DNA from: Octopus bimaculoides
Lineage: Eukaryota
DNA length: 64,000 nucleotides
Reading direction: 5' to 3'
NCBI RefSeq assembly: GCF_001194135.2
Contig: NC_068981.1
Coordinates: forward strand, 136,615,324 to 136,679,323
Position 1 is the stretch's first letter, and the number at the start of each line of letters is the position of its first letter. Under the pieces are notes generated by a model. The model was given only the letters and a program-made list of their open reading frames with translations. It did no database searches and had not been told where the DNA came from. Below, in pieces: positions 1 to 11,658 of this stretch. The translations under genes were made by a program, and so were the position numbers.

Positions 1-90
1 TAATTATACACTCACTGTACACAGCAGTGTGATATCATCACATTATATGCACTAGTGTGATATAATATAATTATTCACCAGTCAGGTACA

Positions 91-377
91 GGCGTGGGTG
101 TGTGGTAAGAAGTTTGCTTACTGACCACATGATTTTAGGTTCCGACTCACTGTGTGGAATTTTGGGTGTTTTCTATTATAGCTTTGGGTACACCAAACCT
201 TTATGAGTGGATTTCACAGATGGAAACTGAAAGAAGCCCATCATGTGTGTGTGTCTTTGTGGCTGTGTTTGCCCACCACCACTTGACAGCTGGTGTTGGT
301 GTGTTTACGTCCCTGTAACTCAGTGGTTTGGCAAAAAAAATCTGATAGAATAAGTACCAGGTTTAAAAAATTGTACA
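91..377 (+). mobile_element. tRNA-derived SINE family A (head + CORE-like segment + TG microsatellite + partial tail)
   Basis: A-box-like TGGGTGTGTGGTAAG, B-box-like GGTTCCGACTC, then the ...AAACTGAAAGAAGCC motif and tail shared with >15 other copies in the window. Confidence 0.8.
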
Positions 378-852
378 ACAGGGATTGTAAGACAAATAAT
401 TTGAAAAGAGCCAATTTTGTGTTGTGATTGAATTTGCCAATGCATTTCTGTGTCCAGATTTCCATCATTTTGTACAGAGCTTCTGCGGTAGATGAAAGAA
501 TCAACAACCCCAAAAGATCAGAACTTAACTGCAACACTTGGTGGCCCAAATCAGACATGCATACTATGTGGGTGTCTTTTCAATACGTTGTCTGGGTTTT
601 AAAAGTACAAGAAGTGGTCAGACTATACATAACATGAAGACAACCACCATATATACACTGTAGTTTGCTATACAGAATAGTGTGTGATATCATCATGTTA
701 TACACAATAGTGTGTTGCAATTGCATCATATTCTTCAGAGTGATCTCATCACAGAATAGTGAATGTGGGGCCTTGTGAGAGTGGTGGTGGTTAAAAAGCT
801 TCTTTCAGTACTTAGTAGCGAGTGTAACTTAGTAGCAAGTACTAAAAAAGGG

Positions 853-1101
853 TAAAGAACCCCATTTCCTTTGGTCATGAACGACTATGGGATTGCACCT
901 AGAAAATTGCCCTCCGAGGTACAAGCCCAGGCAAGGTTGTTTCTGGAAGACCAGCAACTGTCTATGCATACCAGCCCCCCCACCACCACCACCACCACCA
1001 CCACTCTCCATGCCACCGATGTTATCTAAGGAAATGGCAAAGGCCAATACAGCTTGGCACCAGTGACATCACAACTCATTTCTACAGGTGAGTTGAACTG
1101 G
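853..1101 (-). mobile_element. SINE family C, long-tail subfamily, 3' part (runs into gap)
   Basis: Colinear with the 42484-42820 copy (GGTCATGAA...GGGATTGCA...GGCAAGGTTGTTT...CAACTCATTTCTACA). Confidence 0.7.
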
Positions 1102-1707
1102 NNNNNNNNNNNNNNNNNNNNNNNNNNNNNNNNNNNNNNNNNNNNNNNNNNNNNNNNNNNNNNNNNNNNNNNNNNNNNNNNNNNNNNNNNNNNNNNNNNN
1201 NNNNNNNNNNNNNNNNNNNNNNNNNNNNNNNNNNNNNNNNNNNNNNNNNNNNNNNNNNNNNNNNNNNNNNNNNNNNNNNNNNNNNNNNNNNNNNNNNNNN
1301 NNNNNNNNNNNNNNNNNNNNNNNNNNNNNNNNNNNNNNNNNNNNNNNNNNNNNNNNNNNNNNNNNNNNNNNNNNNNNNNNNNNNNNNNNNNNNNNNNNNN
1401 NNNNNNNNNNNNNNNNNNNNNNNNNNNNNNNNNNNNNNNNNNNNNNNNNNNNNNNNNNNNNNNNNNNNNNNNNNNNNNNNNNNNNNNNNNNNNNNNNNNN
1501 NNNNNNNNNNNNNNNNNNNNNNNNNNNNNNNNNNNNNNNNNNNNNNNNNNNNNNNNNNNNNNNNNNNNNNNNNNNNNNNNNNNNNNNNNNNNNNNNNNNN
1601 NNNNNNNNNNNNNNNNNNNNNNNNNNNNNNNNNNNNNNNNNNNNNNNNNNNNNNNNNNNNNNNNNNNNNNNNNNNNNNNNNNNNNNNNNNNNNNNNNNNN
1701 NNNNNNN
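1102..1707. other. Assembly gap (others near 4819-4918, 21264-21502, 51763-52486, 55057-55405, 61118-61193, 62533-63038, plus several ~10-N gaps)
   Basis: Runs of N, mostly flanked by (TA)n or (TG)n. Confidence 0.98.
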
Positions 1708-2297
1708 ATACCCTGCAACTGTAAACACCATATACTAAGCACCACACATACTATACAGAAGCACCACACACCATACAGAACAGCACCACATGTGATACAC
1801 TGCATTGTACCCCCTTATTACTACATAATGCAATATCATACACTACAGTATCACAAACCATACATTGCAACATCTTATACAACATAATGCAATATCATAT
1901 TGTAACACAACATACACTCTCAGACATACACACACAGCCATATAACCATAAACATTATTATCACACAGCATTCTACATTGTTATATCACACACATACAGA
2001 CACACACACGCACACATGCATACATGGTGTAGCCAACATGATTATGCAACTGCAATAGACAATCAACTGAGAATTCAGGCAGCTGAGAGAATAAGATAAG
2101 GAATAACTAGCCAAGAGGTCGATAACCAATTCATATCCCTTAATGGGCAAGACATTAATGAAATGACCCAGTCCAACTAAATGAAAAAGTAGGGTGGCTG
2201 CAGGGTAAGTATTATAAAATAGACAGTGTTGAGTTGTCATTCTTGTTGTTGTTGTTGTCATTGGTGTTATCATTATTGTTGTTGTTGTTGTTGTTTG

Positions 2298-2510
2298 GTC
2301 TCAGGTTAGATCTAGCAGAGCAGATCTACGATCAAAGATGTTTATGTTGTAAACATTACCATCTTTCTTTTGCAGGCAGAGTTTAATCCAAGATCACATT
2401 ATCTAATGTGTCCTCTCTTCTCTTGAGAATAGTTGAGGCATTGATTTGAGAGAAACTTCGCTGCTATTTCTAGCAGTTTGAGCAACCACATAGAGACTCC
2501 CCCATTGACA
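2298..2510 (+). repeat. Dispersed repeat family F (unclassified, ~210 bp)
   Basis: Motifs GATCAAAG..., ATCTAATGTGTCC, GATTTG..GCTGCTATTTCTAG recur at ~10560, 10700, 11230, 12520, 18450(-), 37950, 38120 and 54690. Confidence 0.5.
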
Positions 2511-2513
2511 CAC

Positions 2514-2737
2514 ACCCTGTAGCATTTAGACCGGCCATATCTAGCCAAAATATTCCATTTGTTTTGTGTTCAAACTGACCAGATCCAACCTCTCACACCT
2601 ATCCTACAATGTTGTTCTAAAAATATGTGATTGCATCTTCAAAATCTCAAAGTTATGGGGAAATCATGATTAATTAGAAGCAGTGTGATTAAATAAGCAT
2701 TACATTTGATAGAGTAATCTGAATATTAAAAGGTTAA
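2514..2737 (+). mobile_element. piggyBac-type MITE family E (left end eroded)
   Basis: Colinear with the other family E copies; ends AATATTAAAAGG-TTAA. Confidence 0.7.
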
Positions 2738-3299
2738 TGTTCGTTTTTCTTTTCTTCCTGTAAAAATATCTTGCTAAAGAAAAACTTTTACTCACTCAAA
2801 TTATTCATTAAATCAGTGTAAAAATTAATATTCTCATCCGCACATATTTAAACTGTACACTGTGTGAATGTCTTGTGCACTTTCTTTTGTCTGACAAAAT
2901 GCAGGAGAAGAGACGCAAGAACCAACTTCTTATGGGAAAAACTTTTCTCCACCACCACTGTCACAGCCACCACCACCACCACCACCACCACCACATCCAT
3001 ATCTGCATCTATCTTTCTTTTTCTCCCTCTTAGAAGATTCCTATCTCAACAAGAAAAGGACGACTTTTGACCTTAATTGGCATTAAGTGAAGAAGAGAGA
3101 AATTAAAAGTTCAAGATGTTTTCTCAAAGAGTTGTAAACCAACAGGAAGTGAAGAAGGACTACTCTTAAATGTTACAGTGGGTCGGTACTGAAGGACTGA
3201 AGGAAATAACCAGTTTTATTGTTTCATTTATTTATTTATTTATTTCTATAGCTTCTGATAGTAAACTGAAGGAAACAAACCGAGTTTTTACAACACTAA

Positions 3300-3531
3300 T
3301 AATTATAATAATCCTTTCTACTGGAAGCACAAGGCCTCAAATTTCGGGGAAAGGATTAAGTCGACTACATCAACTCCAGTGCGTAACTGGTATTTATTTA
3401 ATTAACCCCGAAAGGATGAAAGGCAAAGTTAGTTGACCCTGGTGGAATTTGAACTCAGAATGTAGTGACAGGCGAAACACTGCTAAGCATTTCATCCAGC
3501 ATGCTAACGATTCAGCCAACTTGCTGCCTTA
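3300..3531 (-). mobile_element. tRNA-derived SINE family B
   Basis: Reverse complement of GGCGAGCTGGCAGAATC...GAGTTCAAATTCC...GCCTTTCATCCTTTCGGGG...GTACCAG...AGAAAGGATT(ATT)n. Confidence 0.85.
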
Positions 3532-3852
3532 ATAATACTGTGGCCATGCTGGAGCACCGCCTTTTAGTTGAGTATTGAGACCACTAATATGTGGCAGCTA
3601 CAAGAGTTGAACATAAAGGTTATCCCTATTGTCATTGGAGCATTGGGTTCAATACCACCCAATCTGAAAAACTTAGAGATACCCTACAATCTAGATGTAT
3701 TGCAAAAGTCGACATTACTTGGAACAGCACACATATTGCATAAAATACTGTCTGTCTGAGGTTCTTGTTGTGAATTGACAAACAGTACAAATCCTTGGTA
3801 GACACAACAGCGTCAGTCAACACCCTCACAATATTGTATACTTTGCAACATC

Positions 3853-3854
<2 letters not shown>

Positions 3855-3888
<34 letters not shown>

Positions 3889-3889
3889 C

Positions 3890-3948
<59 letters not shown>

Positions 3949-4413
3949 CCTTTCTACTATAGGTACAAGGCCTGAAATTTGGTGGGAGGGGTCAAGTTGA
4001 TTACATCAACCCCAATGTTTCACTGGTTCTTAATTTATCAACCCCGAAAGGATGAAAGGCAAAGTCGACCTCAGTGGAATGTGAACTCAGAACGTAGCGG
4101 CAAAATACTGCTAAGCATTTCGTCCAGCATACTAACAATTCTGCCAGCTCACCACCTTAACAATAATAATAATAATGATAATAATAATAATAATCCTTTC
4201 TACTAAAGGCACAATGCCTGAAATTTGGCAGGAGGGGACAAGTCAGTTACATCGCCCCCCCCCCCGTTTCACTGGTACTTAATTCATCAGCCCCAAAAAG
4301 TTGAAAGACAAAGTTGACCTCGGCAGTACTTGAACTCAGAATGTGAGGACAGACAAAAAATACTGCTAAATATTTCGTTTGGCATGCTAACAATTCTGTT
4401 AGCTCGCCGCTTT
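3855..4413 (-). mobile_element. Two tandem SINE family B copies with (AAT)n tails
   Basis: Two colinear copies separated by an (AAT)n tail at ~4161-4193; long (AAT)n at 3855-3948. Confidence 0.85.
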
Positions 4414-4449
4414 ATATATTATATTTTGAATTACAGGTACAATTCATTT

Positions 4450-4580
4450 TTACCAGCTGAGTGGACTGGAGCAAAGTGAAATAAAGTATCTTGCTGAAGG
4501 ATACAATGCACGACTGGAAATCAAACTCTTGATCCTAAGACTATGAGCTGAATACCCTAACCACTAAGCCATGTGCCTTC
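4450..4580 (-). mobile_element. SINE family C head
   Basis: Minus strand TGGCTTAGTGGTTAGGG (A box) ... TTGCTCCAGTCCACTCAGCTGG, as in 13968-14110. Confidence 0.7.
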
Positions 4581-4918
4581 ATGCATATTACACATGCACA
4601 GGAAGGGCAACCAGCTGTAGAAACTCTGCCAAATCAGATTGGAGCCTGGTGTAGCCATCTAGTTTCACCAGTCCTCAGTCAAATCGTCCAACCCATGCTA
4701 GCATGGAAAGCGGATGTTAAACAACGATATATATATCATCATCATCATCATCATCGTTTAACGTCCGCTTTCCTGAGTGGTTGGCGTTAGGAAGGGCATC
4801 CAGCTGTAGAAACTCTGCNNNNNNNNNNNNNNNNNNNNNNNNNNNNNNNNNNNNNNNNNNNNNNNNNNNNNNNNNNNNNNNNNNNNNNNNNNNNNNNNNN
4901 NNNNNNNNNNNNNNNNNN

Positions 4919-5150
4919 GGAGGAGAAGGGGAGGATAAGGAAGGGGAGGAGGAGGACAAGATAGAAGAGGGGGAAGTAGAGGGAAGGGGAAGTAGAGGGA
5001 AAGGGAAGTAGAGGGAAGGGGAGGAAGTGGAGGAGAAGGAAAAGAAAGAAGATAAAGTGGAGAGGAAGAAAGAAGACAGAGTGGAAGAGGAGGTGGAAGA
5101 AAGAGAGGAGGAAAGGGAGCAGGAGAAAGAGATGGAAGTGTAGTAGTAGT
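4919..5150 (+). repeat. Purine-rich (GA/GGA) low-complexity tract
   Basis: Nearly pure purine strand for ~230 bp. Confidence 0.9.
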
Positions 5151-5850
5151 AGTAATTTCAACAGCAGCATTTTTGCTGCAGTGGTAGCAACAACAACAGC
5201 AGCAGAAGTTTTCCTTAACATATGCTGACTCTTTGATAGATGTATTTCTTGCACTAAGAATGTCAGTTTGCCAGAAGACTATCTGGAAAAGATACTCATT
5301 TCATGTCTGTACAATTTGCACTTTTTAACCCCCCCTTTTTTATCAACCCACCTGAGATTCTCTAAGATTTCTATGATTCATAACTGATAATTTCAAAGCG
5401 TTGTTCATAATTCAATCACAGAACCTTCCAGCATGATTTTAAGATGTCTGTAGCTTTTATTAAGATCTAGGTGTAGGTGTGGTCTTGTAGTTAAGAAGTT
5501 TGCAATCACAAGATTTCAGGTTCAATCTCTTCTAGCAACCTCTTCAGTGGAGTCTTTTACTTAAGCCCCACACTAACCAATGCCTTGTGAGTTGATTTCA
5601 TTGATGGAAACTGTGTGGAAGCCTGTTGTGTGTGTTTACATACATATTTTATTTGTATTTTTTTACAAATTCACTCACAAGGATTTGGCTATCCTAGGGC
5701 TATAGTAGAAGACACTTCACTCAAGGTTCCATGCAATCAGACTAACCCCAGACCATATGACTGGGAAGCAAACCTCTTAATCACAAAGCCATGCCTACAC
5801 CTATGAAGTGATTTTCATTATTTCACAGAAGTCCAAAAGAAGGAATGATG

Positions 5851-5872
5851 GATTGCCAAGCAGTAGTGGACT

Positions 5873-5903
<31 letters not shown>

Positions 5904-6155
5904 TGATGAATGAGCAAAATCAAGGAAAAACACAACAAAAGAAATAAGTTTTCACAAAAGTGTTAGTTTCACGCTTGAAAAGAAAAAGTAAAAGAGAGGC
6001 TTTGTTGTTTCATACATAGATTCCTTCATCAGAAAAAGAGGAAGGAAAAAATAAAAGAGTAGTGGGAAGCAGGAAAGAGGAGGGGGGGGGGCTTCCACAT
6101 GCCTTCCATCTACCAAATTCACTCACAAGGCATTGGTTGGCCTGTGAGTATAGTA
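5851..6155 (-). mobile_element. Composite SINE A copy: partial head + hammerhead-bearing module + (TG)n + start of tail
   Basis: Minus strand ...GGTAGATGGAA..GTGGAAGCC|CCCCCTCCTCTTTCCTGC...CTGATGAAGG...GAAAC...CTCATTCATCATACATGTGTG, homologous to 6440-6790(+). Confidence 0.7.
6000..6036 (-). ncRNA. Decayed minimal type I hammerhead ribozyme motif
   Basis: Minus strand TTTT CTGATGA A GGAA TCTAT GTAT GAAAC AAC AAAG; core intact, stems II/III mutated. Confidence 0.55.
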
Positions 6156-6353
6156 AAAGCATTAGAGCATTGACCAAAATGCAATATTTGTTCTGGTCTT
6201 CTACACTCTGAGCTCAAATCCCTCCATGATTAACTGCATCTTTCAACTCTTTGGAATAGATAAAACATAGTACCAGCCAAGTATTGGAATAGATTTAATT
6301 AAGGCAGGAGAAGGACTAAGCCCTATCTCTCAAAATTCAGACCTTGTCCCTAA

Positions 6354-6956
6354 GGCATGGCTGTATGGTTAAGAATCTCATTTTGTAACCACAGGGTTTA
6401 GGGTTCAGTCCTTCAGTCCACTGTGCAATACTTTGGGCAAGAGTTTTTTAATATACTCACAGGCTAACCAATGGCTTGGGAGTGAATCTGATAGATGTAG
6501 AAGCCCTCCTCCTCTTTCCTGCTTTCCACTACTATTTTCTTTTTCTTTCTTCTGTTTCCTGATGAAGGACTCTATGTCTGAAACATCAAAGCCTCTCTTC
6601 TTTTTCCCTTTTTTGTTTTAAAGCGTGAAACTAATAACGCTTTTGTGGAAACTTGTTCCTTCTGTCGTATTTTTCTTGTTTTTGCTCACTCATCATGTAT
6701 GTGTGTGTATGTGGTGTGTGTGGTGTGTATGTGTGCATGTATGTGTGTGTGTGTGTGTGTGTGTCGTGTGCATGTCGTCCACCACTACTTTACAACTGGT
6801 GTTGGTTTATGTCCCTGTAACTTAGTAGTTCAGCAAAAGGAGCTGACAGAATAAGTACCAGACGTAAAAAGTAGTACCGGAGTTGATTTATCTAACTAAA
6901 CCCTCAAGGCGGTACCCCAGCATGGCCACAGTCCAATGACTGGAACATGTAAAAGA
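6354..6956 (+). mobile_element. Composite SINE A: head + hammerhead-bearing module (~6506-6700) + (TG)n + complete tail
   Basis: Head ends GAAGCC at 6505, ~195-bp module, (TG)n, then family A tail to ...CATGTAAAAGA. Confidence 0.75.
6554..6591 (+). ncRNA. Minimal type I hammerhead ribozyme motif (CpG-decayed)
   Basis: GTTTC CTGATGA A GGAC TCTAT GTCT GAAAC ATC AAAG; two CpG-type transitions restore GGAC/GTCC and GAAACGTC. Confidence 0.65.
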
Positions 6957-7589
6957 TGATTATCATGTAGGATTTCTTTCACTAACTTAGAACAATACAT
7001 CATTATTCATATCACCTGGTTAATAAATAACAATAGTTAGCATTCCCATGCTTCTGATCATTGATTAAGATTTGGAAAGCTGTTCAGAGTCCCTCCTTCA
7101 GATCATATACATGTCTGATTAGTAAAACTAAATAATTTCATTTGATTTATGTCAATATAATTCAATGATTTTCCCATTACAGCAAAGAGATTAATGATTC
7201 CTTTCACATCAATTTTAATATTCAAATAAGCAATTAGTTGTCTTACACTTGTCTTATAGATATTTTCCATGTTCACATGTGTAGTGCACTTCTTGCAAAT
7301 TTAGCTGTTTTGCATATTATTGGAACAATTATTCTTGTAGAATGATTATTAATTACTTGTAAATATTAAGGGAAAGTAAAAATTGCCTGTATATATATAT
7401 GTATGTGAGCGTGCGTGTGTGTGAACAGCACTAAAATAAGTGTTGATTGGGAACAAACATACTTTAGATATCACCACATTCATTCAATCCTAAGTTTAGG
7501 AAGGATTAAACGCTAACATTATTAATTAAGCTACAACAAAGAAACCACATTTACCCCACGTATATATGCATATACTCACATATTATTTG

Positions 7590-7638
<49 letters not shown>

Positions 7639-8608
7639 TACATACACACTTTTGTACAAAATTTTCCATAGGTGTCAACATAGACTCTCTCACTCGTAAT
7701 GCCTGTATGTTCCAAAAATGTAATTTTCCCAAATAAAGTGTACTTCATATTCAAGGCTTTGATGAAGCTATATGGTGTTATCCAGGTACTCAACTAAGAG
7801 TCCACCACATCTCATAGCAGAAACAGCTGTAAGCTAATGAAGTTCATTACATAACCTTTGTTTTTTTTTCTGGTGTCATCTCTCTGTTATCATTATTACT
7901 CTATACTCATCCAACATTGTGGTTGGGAAACAAGCTTCTTAACCACACAGCCACACTTATGCCTATACTTACATAAATACACACACACATGCACATGTCT
8001 GCATGTGTGCACGCGCACGTGCATGTGTGTGTGTGTGTGTGTGATGTAGAAAATTGGATTTACAGAATGAAGCAGAATACAAAGTAAGTACTCCCACAAG
8101 GTATCAGCTATCAATTCACATTGTACTTAAATTACAATGTAGTTTAACTTGTTCATGCAACAAAAAAATCCATAATATTCAAGTAGTATCTATTTCCATG
8201 AGGAGTAAATAATGACCACAAAATCAGGAAGTATGGGAACAAATACAGACTTATTATTTCCATATGATTCCCAGATGATTACAGCTGTTTCATAACTTCC
8301 TCAATATTGTATTATTAATTCCAATATCCCAATTTACATATGTACATTTTACATCAATATCTATATTTATTGTTATATAATACAATTGTATATTACATAG
8401 AGATGTATTATAGAAAAAAGTAACCCATTGGATCATATATACGAGAACATCATGGATATACCCAGGATTCAATTCACTTACACAAGAAAAATCCACTCTT
8501 TTTATACCAAAAATTGGATGCAGATACAATCAATAATTTGATGTGTAATGGAAACCTTTATTAAAAACAGTGAACAGACTTGAAAAATATTTTTTCAAAT
8601 AATCCCCT

Positions 8609-9427
8609 TTAATCCTTTAGCATTTAAACTGGCCAAATCCAAACCAAAAATTCTATTGTTTTCTGTTCAAACCAATCAAATCCAGCCTCTCACATGTACT
8701 CTACAATGTCATTCTAAAAATTAACAGTCACACCATCAAAATCTTGAAACTACAAGATAATGCATGATTAATTCAAAACAATGTTATGGTGACTGAGACC
8801 TTTGGAGATATGCTGTGCTTGAGAAGACTCGGCAAGCCAAGTGAGACCGTAACTGTGGCCTATGCCAGTGCAGTATAACCAGCCCATTTAAGAGTACCTT
8901 TCAATCATTGGGCAACAAACTGTGCTTGCGAAGACCTGTTGAGTCAAGTGAAGTCATTGCTGTGGACGATGCCAGTGCCACCTGACTGATCCTGTGCCAG
9001 TGGCACGTAAAAAGCACCATTCAAGTGTGGTCGATGCCAGTTCTGGCTGACTGGTCCCATGCCAGTGGTATGTAAAAAGCACCATTTGAGCGTAGTTGTT
9101 GCCAGTGCTGCCTGACTGGCTTCCATGCTGGTGGCACATAAAAAGCACAATTCAAGCATGGTCGATGCCAGTACCGCCTAAATGGCCCTCATGCCGGGGC
9201 ACGTAAAAATCACCCACAACACTCTCGGAGTGGTTGGCATTAGGAAGGGCAGCCAGCTGTAGAAACTTTGCCAGATCAGATTGGAGCCTGGTGCAGCCTT
9301 CTGGCTTGCCAGCCCTCAGTCAAACCGTCCAACCCATACCAGCATGGAAACGGACGTTAAACAATGATAATGATGAATGTAAAGAAGCATTACACTTGAC
9401 AGAGTAATCTGAATGCTTAAAAGTTAA
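8609..9427 (+). mobile_element. piggyBac-type MITE family E interrupted by a family D element
   Basis: TTAA-TCCTTTAGCATT ... AATGCTTAAAAG-TTAA; internal MITE sequence resumes at 9376. Confidence 0.75.
8785..9375 (+). mobile_element. Family D non-autonomous retroposon-like element with four ~65-bp internal repeats and (GAT)n tail
   Basis: TAAAAA(G/T)CAC at ~9008, 9073, 9139, 9204; 3' end GGAAGGGCA..CAGCTGTAGAAAC...GGACGTTAAA..(GAT)n shared with >10 copies. Confidence 0.75.
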
Positions 9428-10346
9428 ACATGCTTTATAGCATTATTTGCAGAAGAACCCAAAAGAAATTACTGATATTTCACTATGCAAAACAGACAAA
9501 ACAAAATATATCTTCGAAGGTCAATAACTGCCAATCATCAAAGTAAAATACAACTTGTAAAAACACAATTGAAAACCTGCATCTATCAAGGTTTATAAAA
9601 CTAGTATTAAACAATAGATGGAGACAGATGAATAACAAAGTCAGCCTGAAGAATAATATATTGATAGTTTCGGATGGTCAGCTGTAGAGAGATATACAGT
9701 TCAAAGGTGTGATAGTAACATACTCACACTCACATAACAACAGTCATCTAGTCAAAAATCCTTTCACCCATACAAGAACTCAAACTATATTGAAAATAAC
9801 TGAGTGTTTATCACACAAATCGCTTAGACAGATAAACACACATATGCACCTATATAAACACACACACTCACACACACACACATAATAAGTAGAAAACAGT
9901 TGTGATATTCAAAGTTTTATAGGACATACACGTGTTTCATCAAAATGCCGAAATAATTACATAACAATGATGCAAAAATATTATGCAATCATGCATTCCA
10001 CCTCATCAGTGTCTCACCATAAATACAATAATCCATGTTGAAGCTCCAGATATATACTCATTATGCAAATTATCAAACTAATATATATATCATTCATTTA
10101 TTTTACATCTGTTTTTCTATATTATTAACAGGTAGAGGGCTGTCTGATATTTATTCTTCCCATGCTGGAATGCCTTCAGATTTTCTTTTCCAGTTGGACC
10201 AACTGTTCTTACAGAAAAATGTCATTTTTAACTTCTAACCATTACTGTACAAAGTAAGAATGGAACTCATCTGTCAGGCAGCCAGACTGAAGAATGCAGC
10301 TGGTTTTACAATTCATTGATAAAAGAGAACAAAGTAAAAGACTTAC

Positions 10347-10420
10347 TTCCTTTGATTATTGTAAATCCATAGAAATGCTTAAAGAGATAGTTCCACATAT
10401 TTGATTTAAAACCAACTTAC
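10347..10420 (-). other. Candidate recursive splice site (AG|GT) with 74-nt cryptic exon
   Basis: Minus strand TTAAC..TTTGTTTACTTTTTTTCTTTTCAG|GTAAGT, second GGAA|GTAAGT 74 nt downstream; unique sequence; stops in all three frames. Confidence 0.5.
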
Positions 10421-10885
10421 CTGAAAAGAAAAAAAGTAAACAAAGGTGAGTTAATTAATAATAATTTACAGAAATATATATTTACAATGGAAAACATGAT
10501 TTAAATAAACAGTTTTGAAAAATCACATAACAAAAACTCTTCTTGATAGGGCAAACCCATGATCAAAGGCTTTCTAACCTGACCATTCATTTTATTTTGC
10601 AGGTACCAAGGGAGATCTAGCTACTTTTTCTAGTGGACTAAACAACTGTGTTGATGTTCCTTCATGATCTCAGTTTCTAATTATTGATTAGCTCTACATC
10701 AGTCTTAATGAAGCAGAACCTTAGATCAAAGATGTTTCAGCTATGACTGTTGTTATCAACATCAATTCCTGGATATCACTGTGTAGAGTTTGAGGACTTT
10801 TAGGGCTGGTTACCAGGTTTCTAAGTTTCCACGACATTTAAGAGAATGAGATCACAACATTCTCACTGAATGAGATACCGGTTCA

Positions 10886-11072
10886 TTAACCCTTTAGCAT
10901 TCACATTATTCTATCAAAAGTATTGCTTATTTATTCACATTGCTTAGAATTAATCATGCTTTTTGTCTTGGAGCTTTGAGATTTTGATGAAGTTACTGTT
11001 AATTTTTTAGAATGATAGTGTAGGGTTGGTGTGGGTGGCCAGATCTGGCCAGTTCAAATGCTAAGGGGTTAA
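10886..11072 (-). mobile_element. piggyBac-type MITE family E (short copy)
   Basis: TTAA-CCCTTTAGCATT ... AATGCTAAGGGG-TTAA. Confidence 0.85.
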
Positions 11073-11406
11073 AGGGTTACCTATTTACAGCTGAGCAGAC
11101 TGGAGCAATATGAAATGAAGTGTTTCACTCAAGTGCACAGCACACTGCCTGGTTTGGAAAATGAAATCATGATACCCTAACACCCTAACCACTATCTCTT
11201 GATGTCATATATTGTTCTATGGTATAGTGTGCTTTGAGGGAGACTGCTGCTATTTCTGGGTAGTCTAACCACAATGTATAACATTTTCCATTGTCCTAGT
11301 TATCAGTTTGATTGAAAGGCAAGATCCCTTGAGAAGTATTAAAAGTTCTAAAATAGAGTTTAAAGATCAATATCCAGTTAAAGAGATTATGTTCTCAAGA
11401 GATGTT

Positions 11407-11658
11407 TTAACCCTTCTGATGCCAATCCACCTGGGAACAAGATTCTATGATACAATACCATTCCTTTTAAAATGATAATCTCTAAATTAAAACATTCCTT
11501 TGTGGTTTTTATGACAGAACTTTTTGCTAAGTTATATTTCACACAACAACTTAATGATGAAGAGTTCAGTCAATTTACTAAATTCTTCATAACATTTGAT
11601 TGTTTTCAAACTTAATTAAAACGTAATTTTATTAAAGAGCTAGTGATGACAGGGTTAA
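11407..11658. mobile_element. Second TTAA-flanked MITE-like element
   Basis: TTAA-CCCT ... AGGG-TTAA ends; related sequence begins at ~5325. Confidence 0.45.

Noticed and set aside
1026-1887. Long ORFs spanning N gaps (also at ~21.1-21.7, 51.6-52.6, 54.9-55.5, 61.0-61.3 and 62.4-63.1 kb)
   Set aside because: Open only because N codons are not stops.
7010-7040. Minus-strand CTAAC...CCAG|GTGATA as a second recursive site (also plus-strand AG|GT at ~10602, 31493, 43030)
   Set aside because: Weak donors or located inside repeats.
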